Source: a virus (taxonomy: Duplodnaviria; Caudoviricetes). From it: a stretch of DNA of 64,000 nt. Below are positions 58,981 through 64,000 of the stretch, piece after piece (position 1 is the first letter of the stretch; each line of letters opens with the position of its first letter). The stretch spans positions 64,001 through 128,000 of the IMG/VR virus record IMGVR_UViG_3300028591_000101, one strand, 5' to 3'. The notes under the pieces are model-generated. The model saw only the letters and a list, made by a program, of their open reading frames with translations. It was not told the DNA's origin and ran no database searches. The position numbers and the translations under genes are program-made.

Positions 58981-59787
58981 TTACCCGGCCCCTTCCTTTG
59001 TTTTGACTAAAAGCATCTTTTTTGTGTATTTCCTGCCCCAAACACTGGTAGAATATTCAACGATTATGTTGTTCGGGTCGGTCTTGTCGTCAATAGAACT
59101 GTCCACAATGTCAATCGGCGCTATTCCGTGGTGATTGATATTGACATAGGCTAGTGCGCATATAAGCGAGTCACAGGCATCGTAGTTCTCCTTTTTAAGT
59201 TCCCCGTTCTTGTCCAGAATCCATGGAATTTCAGGATAAACCTCGTTGACCATGTTCATCATGACGCTCTTCTTGTCAATATCAAAAGGATAAGCGCCGA
59301 AAAGCACAGGATGGTTGTCCCTGATTGCCTTCTTGACATGGGAAAGTGAATATTCTTCACCCTTCTTGTTGAATTTTCTCAAAGCGACCAGCTCCGGGAA
59401 CGAATATGTCCTGGCATCGTATGAGGAAATGAAACTCGGAACAACACCAAGGTTACGATACACCGATTCCGCTATCATACCGTTGAAACGGAGCAGTGTC
59501 GCCACGGTATTCACATTATTGGATGACAGAAGCGGTTCCTCAATGACCACATCCGTTATTCCATACCCGCTGAGGGTCTTTATGAATTCATCTTCAAATA
59601 TTTGCTTACGAATAAACAAGGCCTCAATTCCCTTTATCTTCTTGGGTACCTTCGGGGTCTTATGCGTGAGTATTTCAATCCGTGGCAGGTCGGTTTTCCC
59701 CTCATCTACAACAAGACAGGCACCGATACAGGCCGTGCTTATGTCAAGACCGAGAATAACCCTTGGATATACAGTATTTTCTTCCAT
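58981..59787 (-). CDS. RuvC-like Holliday junction resolvase
   Basis: ILGLDIST, VVIEEP, YDACDS catalytic acidic motifs. Confidence 0.85.
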   Translation of the reverse strand: MEENTVYPRVILGLDISTACIGACLVVDEGKTDLPRIEILTHKTPKVPKKIKGIEALFIRKQIFEDEFIKTLSGYGITDVVIEEPLLSSNNVNTVATLLRFNGMIAESVYRNLGVVPSFISSYDARTYSFPELVALRKFNKKGEEYSLSHVKKAIRDNHPVLFGAYPFDIDKKSVMMNMVNEVYPEIPWILDKNGELKKENYDACDSLICALAYVNINHHGIAPIDIVDSSIDDKTDPNNIIVEYSTSVWGRKYTKKMLLVKTKEGAG

Positions 59788-59809
59788 TTTTATACTATTC
59801 TTTATTCAA

Positions 59810-59853
59810 AAGATAGCTAATTGTTTGGAATAAATCAAGTTTTTTTGTACTAT
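59810..59853. promoter_or_regulatory. Overlapping divergent class I promoters
   Basis: Minus: TTGATT-N17-TATCTT (59838-59810). Plus: TTGGAA-N17-TACTAT (59825-59853). Confidence 0.6.
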
Positions 59854-59880
59854 AGTCTTGTATAGTTTATTGTTTTAAGT

Positions 59881-60351
59881 ATGCCGCATAAAGTAGAGAT
59901 AAGCGATAAGACATATGAAGATTTGAAGGAATTCTGTAATTTGAATAACCTTAAAATCGGACAATTTGCGGATAAGTTGATTCGTGACGGACTTATGATA
60001 GAAATGTATGGGGATGTACCGTTTACAAACTACAAGAGACCGGCGCAAGACCAAGTAGAGGCGGTAAAAACAGTCATGGTGAAGTTAAAAGAGCAAGAAA
60101 ACCCAGAAGCGGAAGCCGAAATTATGGACTCTGGTGATATCATGTTTGGAAACCAGGATGATGTTGCTGAGGCGATTGATAAGGAGACAAAAGACCGCAT
60201 GATTGAGGCAATGGAAAAGGTTGAAGCAGAGCATCCACAGACCTATATAACAAACCAAGAGGGAGAAAAAGAAATTCAGAAAGAAATGCTCAAACAACTT
60301 GGTGTACCAGACAAAGTAGTTAACAAAATAACCAGAAGAAGACTTAAATAA
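59881..60351 (+). CDS. Hypothetical protein with an N-terminal ribbon-helix-helix-like segment
   Basis: HKVEISDKTYEDLKEFCNLNNLKIGQFADKLIRDGL. Confidence 0.6.
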   Translation: MPHKVEISDKTYEDLKEFCNLNNLKIGQFADKLIRDGLMIEMYGDVPFTNYKRPAQDQVEAVKTVMVKLKEQENPEAEAEIMDSGDIMFGNQDDVAEAIDKETKDRMIEAMEKVEAEHPQTYITNQEGEKEIQKEMLKQLGVPDKVVNKITRRRLK

Positions 60352-62732
60352 TGGCGAAAGCAAAGAAAGAACCGGAGAACACGAACAGTTATTGGTATGA
60401 GATGCCAGTCCTGCCAACCCAGACAATCACAAAGGAGCAGGAGAAGAGCATCATAGCCAAGATTGCCAAGAAACATAATGTTCCTCCGGCAAAGGTAAGA
60501 TTTAGCACAAAGAAAATTTACCCTGACGGCGTTTCGGGTCAGGATACGGCCCTTAATGCCGAAATGATTAACAACATCAAGGACCCGAAATTCCAGCAGC
60601 AGCTTTTCAAGGAGTATATTGAGAAGAACGGTGTCAAGGATTACAATTGGGATGAAATACTTAACATTGATTCCCGTGTCAATGCTCTGATTAACTATGA
60701 TGCATACGAAAAGAGCCGCCGTTTCGTCCTGAGATATGCGAAGTGGAAGAACTTCCTGTCTTATGGTGAGAACAATTTCTTTGACTTCACGAAGCTCAGC
60801 GGTCTCGTCCACCTTAAAGGCGACCCGGCAAACAAGAGTGGTAAATCAACTTTTGCTTACGACCTTATTCACTTTGCGCTGTTTGGTAAGACCCGTTCCG
60901 GAAAAGCCGACAAGCAGAGCGAAATGTTCAACAACTACCTTCCGAACGAGAGAGAATTGTTCGTGGAGGTAGGTATTACCATTGACGGTGAGAACTATGT
61001 CATTAGAAGAACCCTCACCAAGCCGGACCCGAAGAAGAAGACCAAGACCATCAGTAACAATGTGGCCTACTATCGTGTCAATGGCGACGGACAGGAGGAA
61101 GAACTGAACGAGTCCGACAATATGCAGGATGTTTCCACTACGAAGACCACCAAGGCAATCAAGGAGGCCATCGGCAGCGAGGAAGACTTTGACCGCATCA
61201 TTTCGGCTAACGCAAAGGACCTTGACGAACTTATCTCAATGAAGGATACTGACAGGGGACGTATCCTTTCAAGATGGATTGGTTTGCTTCCACTTGAAGA
61301 AAAGGAGCAGAAAGCCAAGGATATGTGGGCTAAATCATGTGTTGGCCGTCTTTGTGATATGTACGACCGGGAAACACTTAGGTCGGACATTGAAGCCATC
61401 AAGGAAGAGAACATCGCCAGCGCACAGACAATTGAGGCTAACAGGGAGAAAATCCAGGAAACAAAGAAACTCCTGGAAAGTGACAGCAAAAACAAGGACA
61501 TCCTCCTATCATCCAAGCAAAAAGTTGATGATGAACTACTTAATGTAGATGTGACCACTATTGAAACAAGAATGAATAAGGTCATAGAGGATGGAAAGAA
61601 AAACAACGAGACCCTTGCGACCCTTGAAAATGAAGTGGCTGAAATCGGTGAAGTTGAGTATTCTGACAGTCAGTACAAGTCCTTGTCATCCAAGAAAGAC
61701 GCTCTTACCAATGAAATTGCTGCGTTAAAGGCCGAAATGGGAAATAAGAAGAAGGAAGCCCAAGCTCTTGCAAATGACGAGTATTGCCCTACATGTCACC
61801 AGAAATGGCCGGATAGGGATAACTCCAAGGCAATTGCAAAGCTCCAGGAAGAGTTCGCTGAGGATTACCAGAAGGGTCTCCAATTAAAGGCCCAGAAGGA
61901 CGAGATTGAAGCCGCAATGAATGCTCTTGAAGATGCCCGTGAGAAGTATCTTGCAAAGGCCCAGAAGGAAATCAAAATCGGGGCGTTGAAGAACAAGAGA
62001 ACCACCCTTCTTACTGAATACAACAAGCTCAAGAAGATTGCCAATGACTATAAGGACAATAAGGACATCATTCTGAGGAACAACCAGATTGATGCCCAGG
62101 TCAATGTCCTAAAAGTCAATATTGAGTCCTATAATACCACCATCCATCGTCTTGAAAGTGAAAATGTTGCATCTCAGAAAGATATTGACACGAATAATGA
62201 AACTATCAGGCAGAAAGAATCGTATATTAAACGCATTGAACAAGAAATTGAGCTTGAAAGGACTTGGAGGCTGTATCTGCAGATGGTCGGTAAGGATGGA
62301 ATCTCAAAGATGGTTCTCCGCAATACAATCCCTACCATCAACTTGCATCTTGACGAACTTCTCTATGATGTGGCCGATTTCAAGGTAGAGGTGGAAGTCA
62401 ACGAGAAGAACGACATTGAGTTCTGGCTTGTCCGAGACGGTGTTAGAACCAGGCTTGCAGGTGGTTCCGGACTTGAAAGAACCGAGGCCGCACTTGCCTT
62501 ACGAGTTGTTCTGGCTAACATGTCCAACCTGTCAAGACCTCCATTCATTGTGCTTGACGAAATCCTTGGTAGTGTTGCGTCAGAGAACTACGAAGACATG
62601 AAGAGACTTTATGACAAGATTGTCCTTGAATATGACTTCGTCCTCCATATCTGTCACATTGACCTTGATTGGTATGACAAGACAATTCTGGTGACGAAAA
62701 AATCGAATATTTCAACCATATCAGTGGATTAA
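60351..62732 (+). CDS. SbcC/Rad50 (T4 gp46-like) recombination ATPase
   Basis: KNFLSYG, Walker A NKSGKST, coiled coils with CPTC Zn hook, GSGLE signature, IVLDE Walker B, ICH H-loop. Confidence 0.92.
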   Translation: MAKAKKEPENTNSYWYEMPVLPTQTITKEQEKSIIAKIAKKHNVPPAKVRFSTKKIYPDGVSGQDTALNAEMINNIKDPKFQQQLFKEYIEKNGVKDYNWDEILNIDSRVNALINYDAYEKSRRFVLRYAKWKNFLSYGENNFFDFTKLSGLVHLKGDPANKSGKSTFAYDLIHFALFGKTRSGKADKQSEMFNNYLPNERELFVEVGITIDGENYVIRRTLTKPDPKKKTKTISNNVAYYRVNGDGQEEELNESDNMQDVSTTKTTKAIKEAIGSEEDFDRIISANAKDLDELISMKDTDRGRILSRWIGLLPLEEKEQKAKDMWAKSCVGRLCDMYDRETLRSDIEAIKEENIASAQTIEANREKIQETKKLLESDSKNKDILLSSKQKVDDELLNVDVTTIETRMNKVIEDGKKNNETLATLENEVAEIGEVEYSDSQYKSLSSKKDALTNEIAALKAEMGNKKKEAQALANDEYCPTCHQKWPDRDNSKAIAKLQEEFAEDYQKGLQLKAQKDEIEAAMNALEDAREKYLAKAQKEIKIGALKNKRTTLLTEYNKLKKIANDYKDNKDIILRNNQIDAQVNVLKVNIESYNTTIHRLESENVASQKDIDTNNETIRQKESYIKRIEQEIELERTWRLYLQMVGKDGISKMVLRNTIPTINLHLDELLYDVADFKVEVEVNEKNDIEFWLVRDGVRTRLAGGSGLERTEAALALRVVLANMSNLSRPPFIVLDEILGSVASENYEDMKRLYDKIVLEYDFVLHICHIDLDWYDKTILVTKKSNISTISVD

Positions 62733-62759
62733 GAAATAATAGTGTAACAAACTTAGGAT

Positions 62760-62933
62760 ATGACAAGAGAGGAATTAGTAAATGGGCTCAAATATATTGT
62801 CAAGAAATGTGACTTGCTCATAAACAACGACAAGTATGAGGCAGATGATTTTACACAAGATAATGTGGAAGATATTGCCGAACTCTGTAATCACATTCTT
62901 GATGGAGATTATGGTGAACTAATTGAAGACTAA
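62760..62933 (+). CDS. Small acidic protein (57 aa, not in the ORF track)
   Basis: MTREELVNGLKYIVKKCDLL...DGDYGELIED*. Confidence 0.65.
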   Translation: MTREELVNGLKYIVKKCDLLINNDKYEADDFTQDNVEDIAELCNHILDGDYGELIED

Positions 62934-62977
62934 GCTTATGACTGAAAGCAGAAAATAAAGGATAAGAGTTATGGGTA

Positions 62978-63688
62978 ATGTTAAAAAAGCAAAAGATTGG
63001 AACGGAGCACGATAAGAGTGTAAATACCTATTTTAATGAGGTTGCAACTTATAAGCCCCTTTCAAGAGACGAGGAGCTTGAGTTGTGGCGGAAATATAAA
63101 TACAATGGGGATATGGGGGCAAGGGATAAGCTCATTTCCTCAAATCTTAAGTTCGTGGCCAGTATTGCAAAGCAGTACCAAGGTCGCGGACTTTCGTATG
63201 CTGACCTGATTGCAGAGGGTAACATCGGTCTCATGAAAGCACTGGACAAGTTTGACGGGGAGAGAGGCTACAAGATAATCAGTTACTCGGTATGGTGGAT
63301 AAAGCAGACGATACTTGAAGCCCTGGCAAAGAGAAACACCTCTGACGACGAAGACCTACCGTGCGATTACGAGAAGCCTCTGGCAACCGATGACGATGAT
63401 TATCGGGCAGAGATGGGAGACGATACCTTCCTTAATGACGGGTTGGAAAGAAATAAGGAAATGGAGCAGTCAGAAGCCATCAAATTTCTTATGGACTATC
63501 TGAATCAGCGGGAAAAGAACATAATTACGAAATATTATGGTCTTGACGGCAATAAGCCGAAGACGCTGGAAGAAATCGGGATGGAGTATGGACTTACGAA
63601 GGAAAGAATTCGACAGATTAAGAATACGTCATTCAAAAAGATGAGAAGTGTTGCACTGGCTACTGGTATGACAGCCAATGTATTTTAA
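62978..63688 (+). CDS. Phage-encoded sigma70-family factor (RpoD-like, no region 1.1, region 3 reduced)
   Basis: NLKFVASIAKQYQGRGLSYADLIAEGNIGLMKALDKFD..RGYK.ISYSVWWIKQ (region 2) and TLEEIG..YGLTKERIRQI (region 4.2). Confidence 0.93.
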   Translation: MLKKQKIGTEHDKSVNTYFNEVATYKPLSRDEELELWRKYKYNGDMGARDKLISSNLKFVASIAKQYQGRGLSYADLIAEGNIGLMKALDKFDGERGYKIISYSVWWIKQTILEALAKRNTSDDEDLPCDYEKPLATDDDDYRAEMGDDTFLNDGLERNKEMEQSEAIKFLMDYLNQREKNIITKYYGLDGNKPKTLEEIGMEYGLTKERIRQIKNTSFKKMRSVALATGMTANVF

Positions 63689-63703
63689 GATATTTTATTG
63701 AAA

Positions 63704-63713
63704 ACTATTTATA
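63704..63713 (+). promoter_or_regulatory. Class II motif ACTATTTATA (near-copy at 63728-63737)
   Basis: 21 nt before ATG 63735. Confidence 0.6.
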
Positions 63714-63734
63714 AAGGATAATAACAAACTATTT

Positions 63735-64000
63735 ATGGCTACAACGAAGAAGGATAAAACCGCCACAGAAACAATCAAGAAGGCGGCAACATCAAAGAAG
63801 ACTACCAAGAAATCTGCAACGATTGAGCAGATTGAGAAGCTTGAAAAGGCTCTTGAACAAACGAAGGAAGAAGACGTGTTGAATTTGCTTCCGGAAGATG
63901 TTAAAGCGGATATTGAGTCGGATAAGGCGGAAGCTGAAAATTTTGAAAACCCTAAGGACATTGATTTTGATGCTGAAGTAAAGAAAATATTTGAAGACAC
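63735..64000 (+). CDS. Hypothetical protein, 3'-truncated (Lys/Thr-rich then acidic)
   Basis: MATTKKDKTATETIKKAATSKK..., open to the window end. Confidence 0.7.
   Translation, partial: MATTKKDKTATETIKKAATSKKTTKKSATIEQIEKLEKALEQTKEEDVLNLLPEDVKADIESDKAEAENFENPKDIDFDAEVKKIFED

Noticed and set aside
1-64000. Stop-codon reassignment (TAG or TGA), as in Lak and some crAss-like phages
   Set aside because: Recognisable genes are full-length in the standard code, and TAG/TGA fall at natural gene ends.
63695-64000. Minus-strand 101-aa ORF in the track
   Set aside because: Antisense shadow of the plus-strand gene starting at 63735, which has the promoter motif.

Overview
This window is a gene-dense (AT-rich by eye), standard-code fragment of a large lytic myophage (jumbo-phage-like). 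The host is most likely an anaerobic Bacteroidota such as Prevotella/Bacteroides: start codons lack Shine-Dalgarno motifs, the promoters resemble the Bacteroidota consensus, and the phage encodes a Bacteroidota-type sigma70, class III RNR (nrdD/nrdG) and BACON-domain proteins. Order of contents: (1) end of a baseplate-hub-like gene and putative head-assembly genes; (2) a replication/nucleotide block (gp32-like SSB, tdk, dUTPase, RecA/UvsX, 5'-3' exonuclease, DnaB-like helicase, nrdD, nrdG); (3) four glycosyltransferase genes; (4) a ~26 kb baseplate/tail-fibre block (gp25-like, gp6/J-like, giant virion proteins, Ig/BACON adhesins); (5) an accessory region (membrane proteins, acyl carrier protein, homing-type endonuclease, rmlA, SGNH-like protein, kinase, orphan methyltransferase, RuvC); (6) SbcC/gp46 and sigma70. 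Main leads: (a) a baseplate protein with ten copies of a free beta-strand motif, [VI]x[VI]xGxLxQ, next to two adhesins that share a paralogous N-terminal domain, which suggests a modular adhesin-docking scaffold; (b) two antisense stand-alone genes that share a QIIRE helix and hydrophobic-x-E sites, resembling protease-processed internal head proteins, one possibly a polyprotein; (c) two promoter classes, TTG-N20-TAnnnT and gene-oriented ACTATTTATA; (d) a phage glycan-building toolkit. All functional calls come from motif recognition by eye; no database search was run.
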